Below are positions 1-8,344 of a stretch of 32,000 bases of DNA, piece by piece; the first letter of the stretch is position 1; each line of letters opens with the position of its first letter. The notes beneath the pieces were generated by a model that was given only the letters and a program-made list of their open reading frames with translations, searched no databases and was not told the origin of the DNA. The stretch covers positions 570,001 through 602,000 of the forward strand of contig JAUIFI010000001.1 in NCBI GenBank assembly GCA_030429505.1, given 5' to 3'. Origin of the DNA: Candidatus Saccharimonadota bacterium. Its GTDB lineage: Bacteria > Patescibacteriota > Gracilibacteria > UBA4473. The position numbers were made by a program, and so were the translations under genes.

Positions 1-449
1 GTCATGCCTACTGGATATTTGATACCATGCTGTGAGTCAATCGAAAAACTCTTGGGGATAATTCTCAAAATATCACGATTAGATGGCAAAGAAACTGCCC
101 TCGCCGCATCTAAAACACGGTCTACATCATCTTCAGTAATTTCAGAATTAGCCGCATTAATAGCAATAACTCCTTTCGAATTATACGTCTCTACATGAGG
201 TCCAGAAAAGCCCACAAAAGCCCTATGAATAGGTTCTCCACTCATACGCTCAGCATCCTCGAGACTCGCCGTAATATTAGAGATAGCCTCATCAATATCA
301 GTTACCATTCCTTTTCGAACACCATTAGAAGGAGATATGCCAACCCCAATAATATTAATGATATTTCGCTTATCCTCTGCTACCCCCACCAACGTCCGAA
401 TCTTGGAAGATCCGATGTCCAGAGCAACGAGTGTTTTTGGATGAGCCAT
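1..449 (-). CDS. ftsA: Cell division protein FtsA, N-terminal ~149 codons; the gene continues past the left edge
   Basis: Minus-strand translation from the ATG at 449-447 reads MAHPKTLVALDIGSSKIRTLVG...GVRKGMVTDIDEA...RIIPKSFSIDSQHGIKYPVGM. This contains the actin-fold DIGS phosphate motif and an FtsA-typical block. It is absent from the ORF track because there is no stop codon in the window. Confidence 0.85.
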   Translation of the reverse strand, partial: MAHPKTLVALDIGSSKIRTLVGVAEDKRNIINIIGVGISPSNGVRKGMVTDIDEAISNITASLEDAERMSGEPIHRAFVGFSGPHVETYNSKGVIAINAANSEITEDDVDRVLDAARAVSLPSNRDILRIIPKSFSIDSQHGIKYPVGM

Positions 450-766
450 GTGTATTTTTATAAAAGCAAAATATTGTTTTTGCGTGCTAGTTGACAAAAT
501 CTCTATCAACGAGCCCACGGTAGCAAAGCGTCACAATTTGTGCAAATGTTTTTTTCAATTAAGCCGCTTATGAACTGTTTTTGTGAACATTTTTACAAAG
601 AGAGAAAGAGGGTTTATTTCACATTCAAAGAAAGAAAAAAAAGGTGAAAAAACAATTTTTGTATTCAAAAAACCCCCTATTCAAAAAAAAATTAATCTAG
701 ACGAAAGCAAAATAGCTACATCACTACTTTCACAGAAAAGTTATTGTACAAAAAGATCCTCACATA

Positions 767-1711
767 TCATTCAAAAAGTGAAGCTTGAACAACTTCACAA
801 GAATCATTCCCCTTTTTATGACTCCCTCCCACCACCTCATGAGTAATTTTATTGATCAACTTTTGATAACGTTGTTCCAAAGATCGAAACGCCATCTTTT
901 GAAAAAAAGTAGATAAGTCATCCGATATAAAATCAAAAGCATTATCAAACGAAAATTCTACTGGAACATCTGTACGCAACCGAGCCAAGTCACGGCAATG
1001 AAATACATACTCCCTATGACTACGAAACTTCTCTTGAAGTGAAGATTTTAACTCCGTCAGGTGATCATAAATTCCCTCAATCGTACCATATTGCTGCAAA
1101 AGCTGTGAAGCCGTTTTTGGACCAATCCCTTCAATTCCTTTATAATTATCCGAAGAATCCCCCATCAAAGCCTTTAAGTCAATCATCTGCAAAGGTGTAA
1201 TACCATATCGAGCTTTTGTCTCCTTTGGACCATAGAGGACAGATTGTTCGACTTTTCCATTCAACTTCACCAAAACAATTTTTTCAGACACCAATTGTAA
1301 AAAATCCAAATCCCCACTCACGATCTTTACCTGACTACCTTTAGGAGACTGAAGTGCAATAGTTGCAATAATATCATCAGATTCATACCCAGGACAGGTC
1401 AAAACCGGTACATGAAAAGCTTCTAAAAATTCAAACACATAAGGAATTTGATCATAAAAATCATCCGGAGCCTTTTCTCGATGAGCTTTATAAGCATCAT
1501 CCATATCATGACGAAATGTCTTTTCCTTCGTATCAAAAGTAAAAAAAAGCCCATCAGGTCTAAAAAAATCAATAATATGAAGTATGGTCGAAGCAAATCC
1601 ATACACCATACCAATTGGCTTCCCGTCAAACAAAGGAATAAAGCCATTTCTTACTCCATGGTAAGATCGATACATCAGTGCATTTCCATCTATTAAAACA
1701 ATATTTTTCAT
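767..1711 (-). CDS. Stand-alone 5'-3' exonuclease (FEN / Pol I N-terminal domain type), with no polymerase domain
   Basis: The ORF-track frame is 767..1813. The conserved N-terminus MKNIVLIDGNALMYRSYHG starts at the ATG at 1711-1709. Also present are the ESDDIIAT and GDLDFLQLV acidic clusters and the H3TH-like segment GDSSDNYKGIEGIGPKTASQLL. It ends at TGA (767-769). Confidence 0.85.
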   Translation of the reverse strand: MKNIVLIDGNALMYRSYHGVRNGFIPLFDGKPIGMVYGFASTILHIIDFFRPDGLFFTFDTKEKTFRHDMDDAYKAHREKAPDDFYDQIPYVFEFLEAFHVPVLTCPGYESDDIIATIALQSPKGSQVKIVSGDLDFLQLVSEKIVLVKLNGKVEQSVLYGPKETKARYGITPLQMIDLKALMGDSSDNYKGIEGIGPKTASQLLQQYGTIEGIYDHLTELKSSLQEKFRSHREYVFHCRDLARLRTDVPVEFSFDNAFDFISDDLSTFFQKMAFRSLEQRYQKLINKITHEVVGGSHKKGNDSCEVVQASLFE

Positions 1712-1790
1712 ATACAAAGCAAGATCATTTCTTGGACTAAAACCCCCTTTTAGGATACAATAAGAAGATTTGTTATTCAAAACAAAATAC

Positions 1791-2318
1791 ATGACATCAG
1801 TTATCAGTACCAAAAAACCAAAAACAACGAAATCAAAAACTTTTCACATCGGAATGATCGTTCCCCTCACTCCAAAGAAAAATGCTGATTTCTTCCTAAA
1901 AAGTATTGAGGCACTTTGTGAACTAGGATTTAAAGTCCACACCTTAGCTGAAGGAGATAGTGAGAGTCAAAGGATATGTTTCCAAGCCATGAAAAAATAT
2001 CCACACCAATTCGAAATCTTAGAAAGCACTCCCAAAAACAAAAGAAAGATCATCGAATCATCAAACATCATGCTCTTTCCAAGTCTTCCAAACGAAAACA
2101 TCTTACAGGAAATTCAAAAAAGAGGTATTATTCCCATCATAGAAAAAAGTAAAAAATTTCAAGATTTTGATCCACAAAAAGAATCAGGAAATGCCTTCAC
2201 CTTTGAATCAAATAACTTTTGGCAATTCTTCACCGCTATCATTCGAGCCTCTGAAAACTTCAAATTCTCCTACGACTGGAAAAACCTACAAAAAAACCTC
2301 AAAGAAACCTCCCTCTAA
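1791..2318 (+). CDS. Short protein resembling only the C-terminal Rossmann half of a GT-B glycosyltransferase (glycogen/starch synthase-like)
   Basis: The ORF is 1770..2318 with a TTG at 1770; the first ATG is at 1791. The segment GNAFTFESNNFWQFFTAIIRASENFKFSYDWKNLQKN parallels the GlgA C-terminal G.GF.F.......l..ai.ral......w..lq.nam block. No N-terminal KxGGL domain is encoded upstream. Confidence 0.45.
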   Translation: MTSVISTKKPKTTKSKTFHIGMIVPLTPKKNADFFLKSIEALCELGFKVHTLAEGDSESQRICFQAMKKYPHQFEILESTPKNKRKIIESSNIMLFPSLPNENILQEIQKRGIIPIIEKSKKFQDFDPQKESGNAFTFESNNFWQFFTAIIRASENFKFSYDWKNLQKNLKETSL

Positions 2319-2388
2319 GCCAAAACCAGTTGCGATTTTATTCAAATTAAACTAAAGTCTCGAAGCTTTTTTAATACACGTTCAAAAC

Positions 2389-2473
2389 GCACGAGTGGTG
2401 AAATTGGTATACACGCTAGTCTTAGGAACTAGTGCCGCAAGGCGTGTGGGTTCGAGTCCCACCTCGTGCACCA
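2389..2473 (+). tRNA. tRNA-Leu(TAG), class II with a long variable arm and encoded CCA
   Basis: Acceptor GCACGAG/CTCGTGC. Anticodon stem CTAGT/ACTAG with loop CTTAGGA (anticodon TAG, G37). Variable arm TGCCGCAAGGCGTG. T-arm GTGGG-TTCGAGT-CCCAC. 3' end ACCA. Confidence 0.93.
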
Positions 2474-2583
2474 TATATAAAAAAGCGAAATAAATATATT
2501 TTTTCGTCCTAGAACAAAAAAACCCTCCAACATTAAATCACTTTCCTATTTACGAAAACCTATATTAATGTACCATACTCTAC

Positions 2584-3552
2584 ATGAAAGTAGGTATTAT
2601 TGGTGATGGAAAATTTGGCACAGCTATCGCCTTCGTAGCCGGACAAAATCATGACGTCACAATTTTTTGTAGACATAAAAACAGGGTACAAAACATCAAT
2701 AAAGATCATATCAATACTGAAATTTTCCCTCGATATTCAATCCCTAAAAGCATCAAAGCTCAAGAAGAATTGGATAATTCAATCACCCAGATGGATATTA
2801 TTTTCATTGCCACCCCCTTCCAAAGCCTCAAAGAAGTATTTACAAGCTTAAAACCATTCGTAAAAAAAGGATCCATCATCATAAATATGGCAAAAGGCTT
2901 GCAAAACAAGACGGCCAAAACCGGCAGTCAAATATTTGAACAATTTTTTGGTTCAAAAATAAGGTACGGTATGCTCTCAGGTCCGAATTTCGCTCACGAA
3001 ATTATGCAAAAAGAGCCTACCGCCACCATAATCGCATCCAAACACAAAATTGTCAGAACTATATGCCAAAAAGCCCTGACCACATCATTTTTTAAAGTCC
3101 AAGAAAGCTTAGATGTCATCGGCGTCGAACTATGCGCAGGATTTCGAAGTATTATCTCTATGGCTGCCGGAATACACGATAGCCTCGGTCTAGGACAAAA
3201 TAGCAAAGCATATCTTCTCACCACCGGCATGGCAGAAATCGGAAGTCTCATCCAAGCCATGGGAGGACACAAAATCACCATCATGAGTCTATGTGGCGTT
3301 GGAGATGTATTTTTAACTACCACTAGCGCCATGAGCCGCAACTACAAACTCGGCGTTTGGATCGGAGAAGGATATAACATTCAAGAAGCTCTGGAAAAAA
3401 TAAATAGTACTGTTGAAAGCATCGAAACCATTAAAACCGCCTTTACATTAGCTCAAAAACACCACGTCCACATGCCCATCCTCAAAACCATTCACGATCT
3501 CATCAAAGGAGAAAAAATAACAAAAGAAACGTTAATAAAGAAGCTGATATAA
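2584..3552 (+). CDS. gpsA: NAD(P)H-dependent glycerol-3-phosphate dehydrogenase
   Basis: 322 aa. N-terminal Rossmann segment MKVGIIGDGKFGTAIA. GPNFAHEI matches the GPS.A.Ev motif. Also present are the NxKAYLLTTGMAEI and GDVFLTTTSAMSRNYKLG blocks typical of GpsA. Confidence 0.9.
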   Translation: MKVGIIGDGKFGTAIAFVAGQNHDVTIFCRHKNRVQNINKDHINTEIFPRYSIPKSIKAQEELDNSITQMDIIFIATPFQSLKEVFTSLKPFVKKGSIIINMAKGLQNKTAKTGSQIFEQFFGSKIRYGMLSGPNFAHEIMQKEPTATIIASKHKIVRTICQKALTTSFFKVQESLDVIGVELCAGFRSIISMAAGIHDSLGLGQNSKAYLLTTGMAEIGSLIQAMGGHKITIMSLCGVGDVFLTTTSAMSRNYKLGVWIGEGYNIQEALEKINSTVESIETIKTAFTLAQKHHVHMPILKTIHDLIKGEKITKETLIKKLI

Positions 3553-3589
3553 ATAAGAACAAAACTATTGTTCAAAAACTAACCATCAA

Positions 3590-5692
3590 CTATAATCCCT
3601 TCATAGTCAACTGCGTCCGCCCCATTTTATCTGTCCCGACAATCTTCACCTTCACCCTATCTCCTTCTTGAGCGACATCAGACGGATTTTCAATTCTACG
3701 ATCAGCCATTTCAGACACGTGAACTAAAGCCTCTTTCCCTGGTAAATATTCTACAAAAACACCAAAATCCTTCACCGACTTAACCGTTCCCTCAAACACA
3801 TCCCCGACCTTCGGTTCATAAGCCAAACTCTCAACCGCTTTTCGAGCAGCCTTCCCATTATCCTGGTTAACAGCAGTAATCATTACTAAACCATCATCTT
3901 CAATATCAATTGTCACCTCGAATTCCTGACACAATCCTTGAATAGTCTCTCCTCCTTTTCCAATAACTGCTCCGATAAATTCAGGATTAATATGAAAGCT
4001 ATCCACTCTCGGCGCATATGAACTCATCTCACTACGAGGCTCTGCGATAACCTTTTTCATAGACCCCAAAATCTGCTCGCGACCGACACGAGCCTGTTCT
4101 AAAGCCTCTTTTAATAAAGACAAAGACAATCCTTTCACCTTAATATCTAACTGCAAAGCAGTAATTCCTTGTTCATCACCCGTCACTTTAAAATCCATAT
4201 CCCCATCAAAATCTTCAAAACTCATGATATCTGTCAAAATTTTGTAGTCTCCGGACTCTTGCATCAAAAGTCCCATAGCAATACCTGCAATTGGTCGTTT
4301 AATAGGAATTCCCCCATCCATCAAAGCCAACGTCGATCCACACACAGATGCCATCGAAGACGAACCATTACACGTCAAAATTTCAGAAACAACTCGAATC
4401 GAATATGGAAACTCATCTTCAATACGACGTGGCATCACATAGCGCAAAGCTCGTTCAGCCAACATTCCATGACCAATCTCCCGACGTCCAGTCCCCCGTA
4501 GTGGACGAACATCCCCTACCGAATAAGGAGGAAAATTATAATGATGAATATAATACTTCTTAGTTTCATCACGATCTGGATCATCCAAGATCTGATGATC
4601 CCCTGGTCCTCCAACTGTCAAAAGAGACAAAGCTTGCGTCTCACCTCGTTGAAATAATCCAGAACCATGGATTCGAGGCAATAACCCCACTTCAGATTGT
4701 AAAGGTCGGATTTCATCAATTTTCCTCCCATCAATACGCATTTGCTTTTCGAAAACACGACGACGCATAGCAGCCGCAAATTTTTTTTCAAAAAATACCA
4801 TCAAATCCCCTTTTTTCAATTCTTCCTGTTCAATTTGCTCCGAATAATGATCAAGCAACTTCATCTCTAAAGCCTTCATTTTTGACTTAATCTCAGGCTT
4901 AGTAGCGCCCGAAATCGTATCAAAATCCTGATCAGACAAGACTGACGAAACCGCTTTTTCAGCTTCTTCACTAATCTCTCGAAAGACTGGTTCTTTCTGA
5001 ACAACGTCACACTGAGCGACCAATTCTTTTTGCAAAGCACAAATCCGACGAATAGCCTGGTGACCAAACTCCAACGCCCCCAACATCTGCTCATCAGACA
5101 CCAAATCCCCTCCCGCTTCAACCATCACAATCGAATCCTCAGTTCCTGCCACAATCAAATCAAGCTTCCCCGACTCTATCTCATCAAAGGTCGGATCAAG
5201 AAAATAAGAACCATCATCCTTCATCCCCACATGAACCGCTCCTACAGGAGCCTCAAATGGAATTCCCGACAATTGCAACGCCATCGAAGATGCATTCATC
5301 ATAGCCGCCGCTGCCGAGTGCTTTCCATCAGCTTGGAGTAATGTCCCAATAATCTGGACATCATTTTGCATTCCCTTTGGAAAAAGCGGACGCAACGGAC
5401 GATCTGTCATACGAGAAATTAAAATAGCAGACTCTGGTGGTCGTCCTTCTCGTTTAGAAAAACGAGATCCCTTAATACGCCCCACAGAATAATAACGAGG
5501 CTCAAAATCAACCATAAGAGGAAAAAAACCTATCCCTTCTCGAGGAGAATCACTCATACCAACAGTCGATAGCACCACCGTATCCCCATAAGTGATAACC
5601 GCAGCACCATCTGCCTGATGTGCAAACTTTCCCGTTTCAAACGTTAATTTTTTTCCTCCTATATCAGCCGAAACCGACTTTACCTGTGACAT
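3590..5692 (-). CDS. pnp: Polyribonucleotide nucleotidyltransferase (PNPase)
   Basis: 700 aa. It has two RNase PH-like halves (RPLRPLFP, REIGHGMLAERAL), a KH segment (GAVIGKGGETIQGL) and a C-terminal S1 domain (GDVFEGTVKSVKDFGVFVEY). Confidence 0.97.
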   Translation of the reverse strand: MSQVKSVSADIGGKKLTFETGKFAHQADGAAVITYGDTVVLSTVGMSDSPREGIGFFPLMVDFEPRYYSVGRIKGSRFSKREGRPPESAILISRMTDRPLRPLFPKGMQNDVQIIGTLLQADGKHSAAAAMMNASSMALQLSGIPFEAPVGAVHVGMKDDGSYFLDPTFDEIESGKLDLIVAGTEDSIVMVEAGGDLVSDEQMLGALEFGHQAIRRICALQKELVAQCDVVQKEPVFREISEEAEKAVSSVLSDQDFDTISGATKPEIKSKMKALEMKLLDHYSEQIEQEELKKGDLMVFFEKKFAAAMRRRVFEKQMRIDGRKIDEIRPLQSEVGLLPRIHGSGLFQRGETQALSLLTVGGPGDHQILDDPDRDETKKYYIHHYNFPPYSVGDVRPLRGTGRREIGHGMLAERALRYVMPRRIEDEFPYSIRVVSEILTCNGSSSMASVCGSTLALMDGGIPIKRPIAGIAMGLLMQESGDYKILTDIMSFEDFDGDMDFKVTGDEQGITALQLDIKVKGLSLSLLKEALEQARVGREQILGSMKKVIAEPRSEMSSYAPRVDSFHINPEFIGAVIGKGGETIQGLCQEFEVTIDIEDDGLVMITAVNQDNGKAARKAVESLAYEPKVGDVFEGTVKSVKDFGVFVEYLPGKEALVHVSEMADRRIENPSDVAQEGDRVKVKIVGTDKMGRTQLTMKGL

Positions 5693-5794
5693 GAAAATAA
5701 AGATAAAAACTCTAAATACCTTTCATGCCTCGGGATAAAATCAAGGAATTTTTCAAAGAAAAATACCCAACCTTACCCCGAAGCGTGAACAAAA

Positions 5795-6124
5795 CTACTT
5801 CCGGATATGTAAAGCTCGAGTAATACTGCTATAAGCTGTAACATCCCGCATCTGCAAATATCTCAAAAGCTTCCGACGTTTTCCAACCATACCAATCAAA
5901 CCTTTACGAGAATGAACATCTTTCTTATGTGTTTTCAAATGGTCAGTAAGATTTTGTATCTTCTGCGTCAAAATCGCTACCTGCACTTGAGGAGAGCCTG
6001 TATCCTTCGCATGAGTTTGGTGTTTTTTAATCACACCTTTTTTTTGATCTCTCGTTGATCCTTGAGAGGAATCATCCTGAGTAGAAACCTCAGCTGTAGT
6101 TTTTTTACGTACTTCTTTTGCCAT
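5795..6124 (-). CDS. rpsO: 30S ribosomal protein S15 with an N-terminal extension of about 20 aa
   Basis: The core GSPQVQVAILTQKIQNLTDHLKTHKKDVHSRKGLIGMVGKRRKLLRYL is canonical S15. The first plausible ATG is at 6124 (MAKEVRKK...). The ORF-track start at 6175 adds an unlikely hydrophobic leader. Confidence 0.9.
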   Translation of the reverse strand: MAKEVRKKTTAEVSTQDDSSQGSTRDQKKGVIKKHQTHAKDTGSPQVQVAILTQKIQNLTDHLKTHKKDVHSRKGLIGMVGKRRKLLRYLQMRDVTAYSSITRALHIRK

Positions 6125-6222
6125 TAAATAATGATTAAACCACACAAAGTGTACGATTTCACACGTTTCCGTCAAGTAAAAATCAAATCAATCGTCACCC
6201 GTAAATAAAGAAACATACTCCC

Positions 6223-6250
6223 TAGACGTAATCATAAGAAAATATATAAT
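6223..6250 (+). promoter_or_regulatory. Putative sigma70-type promoter for tRNA-Val (TAGACG-16-TATAAT)
   Basis: A perfect TATAAT lies at 6245-6250, 20 nt upstream of the tRNA 5' end. A -35-like TAGACG lies at 6223-6228. Confidence 0.4.
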
Positions 6251-6270
6251 ACCGCAAGATCAAAAGAAAC

Positions 6271-6347
6271 GCGCGCGTAGCTCAGATGGCTAGAGCGTCT
6301 GCTTGACTCGCAGAAGGTCACAGGTTCAAGTCCTGTCGCGCGCACCA
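6271..6347 (+). tRNA. tRNA-Val(GAC) with encoded CCA and an unusual U37
   Basis: Acceptor GCGCGCG/CGCGCGC. D-arm GCTC-AGATGGCTA-GAGC. Anticodon stem TCTGC/GCAGA with loop TTGACTC. T-arm ACAGG-TTCAAGT-CCTGT. 3' end ACCA. Confidence 0.88.
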
Positions 6348-6470
6348 GCATTCAATTGAACACCAAAGCTATCTAGACGCCATAGTATAGTCGGTGATTT
6401 TAAAAACATAAGAAATAAACAATTTTTTAGTAAAAATAATAAATTTTAGTAGAAAAAGTAAATAAACAAA

Positions 6471-6511
6471 GAAAAAAAGCGGTCATAAAAGCCTAAGCCA
6501 TTACCACCGCT
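6471..6511 (-). terminator. Putative intrinsic terminator downstream of the 108-aa membrane protein gene
   Basis: On the minus strand, AGCGGT (6511-6506) pairs with ACCGCT (6483-6478) and is followed by T7 (6477-6471). The 22-nt loop makes it a weak hairpin. Confidence 0.4.
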
Positions 6512-6535
6512 GTAAGCACTCTTTGTTACCGTATA

Positions 6536-6862
6536 TTATTTACGCCTCTTCTGCCGAAATTGAAACTCTTTACGTTCTTTACTCCACCTGCTTTGTAGAT
6601 AAAGAACGATAAATAAACCAATCAAAAAACAAACACTTGCAGCTCCAACAATGGAAAATTGAATAATTTCAAGAAAGTTCTCATAGCTAATGAGAACACC
6701 GCGCGTTGTCGGTCTCTCAAAAAGTCCAGCCCTTTTTTCGTATTGAAAATATGACCAAACAAATCCCACAATAGGAATCCCTATCAAGAATAACCACTTA
6801 AAAAACTTTCCAAATAAGGACAATTTTTTACGTAAGGGAGACAGGATATTTCGGGTTTTCAC
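6536..6862 (-). CDS. Hypothetical small membrane protein (two predicted TM helices, basic C-terminus)
   Basis: 108 aa. GTG start at 6862 preceded by GAGGTG 5 nt upstream, one of only three SD-like sites I saw in the window. Hydrophobic segments are WLFLIGIPIVGFVW and FSIVGAASVCFLIGLFIVLYL. Confidence 0.6.
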   Translation of the reverse strand: MKTRNILSPLRKKLSLFGKFFKWLFLIGIPIVGFVWSYFQYEKRAGLFERPTTRGVLISYENFLEIIQFSIVGAASVCFLIGLFIVLYLQSRWSKERKEFQFRQKRRK

Positions 6863-7058
6863 AATTACACCTCGTTTAAATTAAATATATTGAGCTACAA
6901 AGTTAGTGACAAAACGTATCAATAAATCCATAGCCCAATAGAAAGTCAATTCTCTTCAGAAACGATATCAAAGAACGAACGCAAAATAGAATTAAATAAA
7001 AAAAAGTCAACAAAAAGCAAATTCTTTTATCCGTCTATAAGTTATGACCGAATTCCCC

Positions 7059-7349
7059 TTAAGGGCGATTCACTTTCCGAATCCAAATGGGATTCTTAGA
7101 CTTTGCATAGTCAGGTCCCCAAAAGACAATTCCATTCCCAAGACCCACAAAGTAATTCGCATACTTAGGTCCCCATTGACGAATTGTTGAAGCAGAAAGC
7201 TCTACCAGATTCATATCATGTTGAGACACCTGACGTTGATCAACATCCTGAACGACATTAAAAAGCGCCAAAGATAGGATCCAAGCCATCGATATTGCAA
7301 AATACCACATTAATCGGACTCGAGGGATAAGCGTTGTTTTTCGTTTCAT
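7059..7349 (-). CDS. Hypothetical protein with an N-terminal membrane anchor
   Basis: The ATG at 7349 (MKRKTTLIPRVRLMWYFAISMAWILSLALF...) lies 21 nt downstream of a perfect TATAAT. The longer ORF-track start (7418) would overlap the rpsT promoter region. Confidence 0.5.
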   Translation of the reverse strand: MKRKTTLIPRVRLMWYFAISMAWILSLALFNVVQDVDQRQVSQHDMNLVELSASTIRQWGPKYANYFVGLGNGIVFWGPDYAKSKNPIWIRKVNRP

Positions 7350-7370
7350 ATTTGAGAAATAAATCTCGTA

Positions 7371-7399
7371 ATTATACCCCACACACAGACAAAAAGCAA
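7371..7399 (-). promoter_or_regulatory. Putative promoter (TTGCTT-17-TATAAT) for the 7059-7349 gene
   Basis: Minus strand: -35 TTGCTT at 7399-7394 and -10 TATAAT at 7376-7371. Confidence 0.4.
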
Positions 7400-7406
7400 G
7401 AGAAAG

Positions 7407-7434
7407 TTGACTTTTCAAACAAAATCTTTAAAGT
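7407..7434 (+). promoter_or_regulatory. Putative promoter (TTGACT-16-TAAAGT) for rpsT
   Basis: -35 at 7407-7412 and -10 at 7429-7434, 27 nt upstream of the rpsT ATG. Confidence 0.35.
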
Positions 7435-7460
7435 CGGCAAGAAATTGAGATCTCATCCCC

Positions 7461-7799
7461 ATGCCTATTATAAAATCAGCTATCAAGCGAGTAAAACAAA
7501 CAAAAACTCGCCAAAAACGAAATACCATTACTAAAAGAAATTTTAAAGAACTCATAAAAGAGTATCGAAAACTTATTGAAGAAAAAAAAATAGCTGAAGC
7601 CAAGAAAGTTTTTCCAAAACTACAAAAAGCGATAGATCTCGCAGCTAAAAAAAATATTCTCCATAAAAATAACGCTGCTCGTAAGAAATCAAGTCTAGCA
7701 AAGCTTCTGTCATCACAAGAAGGAAATACAAAAACGCCTCCTACACAAAAGTCGACAGAAACAAAGACCACAAAACCCAAAACTAAAACAAAGAAATAA
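7461..7799 (+). CDS. rpsT: 30S ribosomal protein S20 with a Lys/Thr-rich C-terminal tail
   Basis: MPIIKSAIKRVKQTKTRQKRN...AIDLAAKKNILHKNNAARKKSSLAK is canonical S20. About 28 extra residues follow (EGNTKTPPTQKSTETKTTKPKTKTKK). Confidence 0.9.
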   Translation: MPIIKSAIKRVKQTKTRQKRNTITKRNFKELIKEYRKLIEEKKIAEAKKVFPKLQKAIDLAAKKNILHKNNAARKKSSLAKLLSSQEGNTKTPPTQKSTETKTTKPKTKTKK

Positions 7800-7861
7800 A
7801 TTCTGTTTCGGTTTTTTGGGATACCATCGCAAGCTTAAAAAAACAAGAAGAACGATTCAAT

Positions 7862-8314
7862 CTAGTCGATTTTTTTCCTTTTTTTAAAAACCTCAACCCA
7901 CAAAAAAATTACAATACCAGAAGTAATAAAAACATCTGCAAAATTAAATACTGGAAATGACCAAAAACTAAGAAAATCTGTTACTCCACCCCACAAAAGC
8001 CGATCAATGAGGTTTCCCATACCTCCGGACAATAAAAACACAAAGACCGCCTTTTCAGACAGCGACTGATCTTTCTTTTTGAGAATAATCCATCCCAAAC
8101 CAACTAAAAGTAAACTCGTAAAAACGATCGTAACCCACAATGGAATATCAATAGAAAAAGCAATTCCAAAATTCTTCGTAAAGTAGAAAGAAAAATCAGT
8201 AAATATATTTATTTCCTCTTGAAAAAAATGCCAAGCCAAGAGCTTGCTCACTTGATCAACGAGCACCAATACCAGAAATAAAAAAACAAAACGAGAAGCC
8301 TTCATAACACGCAT
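7862..8314 (-). CDS. lspA: Lipoprotein signal peptidase (signal peptidase II)
   Basis: GNLIDRLLWGGVTDFLSF and FNFADVFITSG are the two catalytic-Asp LspA motifs. Start is ambiguous: TTG at 8344 abuts the rnc stop, and ATGs occur at 8314 and 8305. I report the first ATG. Confidence 0.88.
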   Translation of the reverse strand: MRVMKASRFVFLFLVLVLVDQVSKLLAWHFFQEEINIFTDFSFYFTKNFGIAFSIDIPLWVTIVFTSLLLVGLGWIILKKKDQSLSEKAVFVFLLSGGMGNLIDRLLWGGVTDFLSFWSFPVFNFADVFITSGIVIFLWVEVFKKRKKID

Positions 8315-8344
8315 AAAAATAGCACATTCTCCTATAAACACCAA

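Noticed and set aside
583-846. 87-aa plus-strand ORF between ftsA and the exonuclease gene
   Set aside because: It has a GTG start and no RBS. It is Lys-rich, low-complexity sequence derived from an A-rich spacer, and it overlaps the 3' end of the exonuclease gene antisense.
3557-3573. Hairpin GAACAA-AACTA-TTGTTC between the convergent gpsA and pnp genes as a bidirectional terminator
   Set aside because: The stem is 6 bp with only two G:C pairs, and there is no convincing U-run on either strand. It is too weak to call.
4169-5341. Multiple 70-110-aa ORFs on the strand opposite pnp, with similar antisense ORFs inside rpoB, mfd, dnaA, dnaN, gpsA, the DUF4012 gene and the 414-aa gene
   Set aside because: All are fully nested antisense or out of frame within strongly supported conserved genes. 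They have biased His/Ser/Arg/Leu-rich compositions and no independent start signals.
6376-6398. tRNA-like fragment GACGCCATAGTATAGTCGGTGAT, 29 nt downstream of tRNA-Val
   Set aside because: It resembles an acceptor 5' strand plus D-arm. It is followed by AT-rich sequence with no anticodon arm, T-arm or acceptor 3' strand. At most it is a decayed tRNA remnant, not a gene.
7382-7395. 14-nt word CACACAGACAAAAA shared with 12542-12555
   Set aside because: By a rough equal-frequency estimate, about one or more such 14-mer coincidences are expected in 32 kb on two strands, and more in A-rich sequence. One copy is simply the spacer of a predicted promoter.
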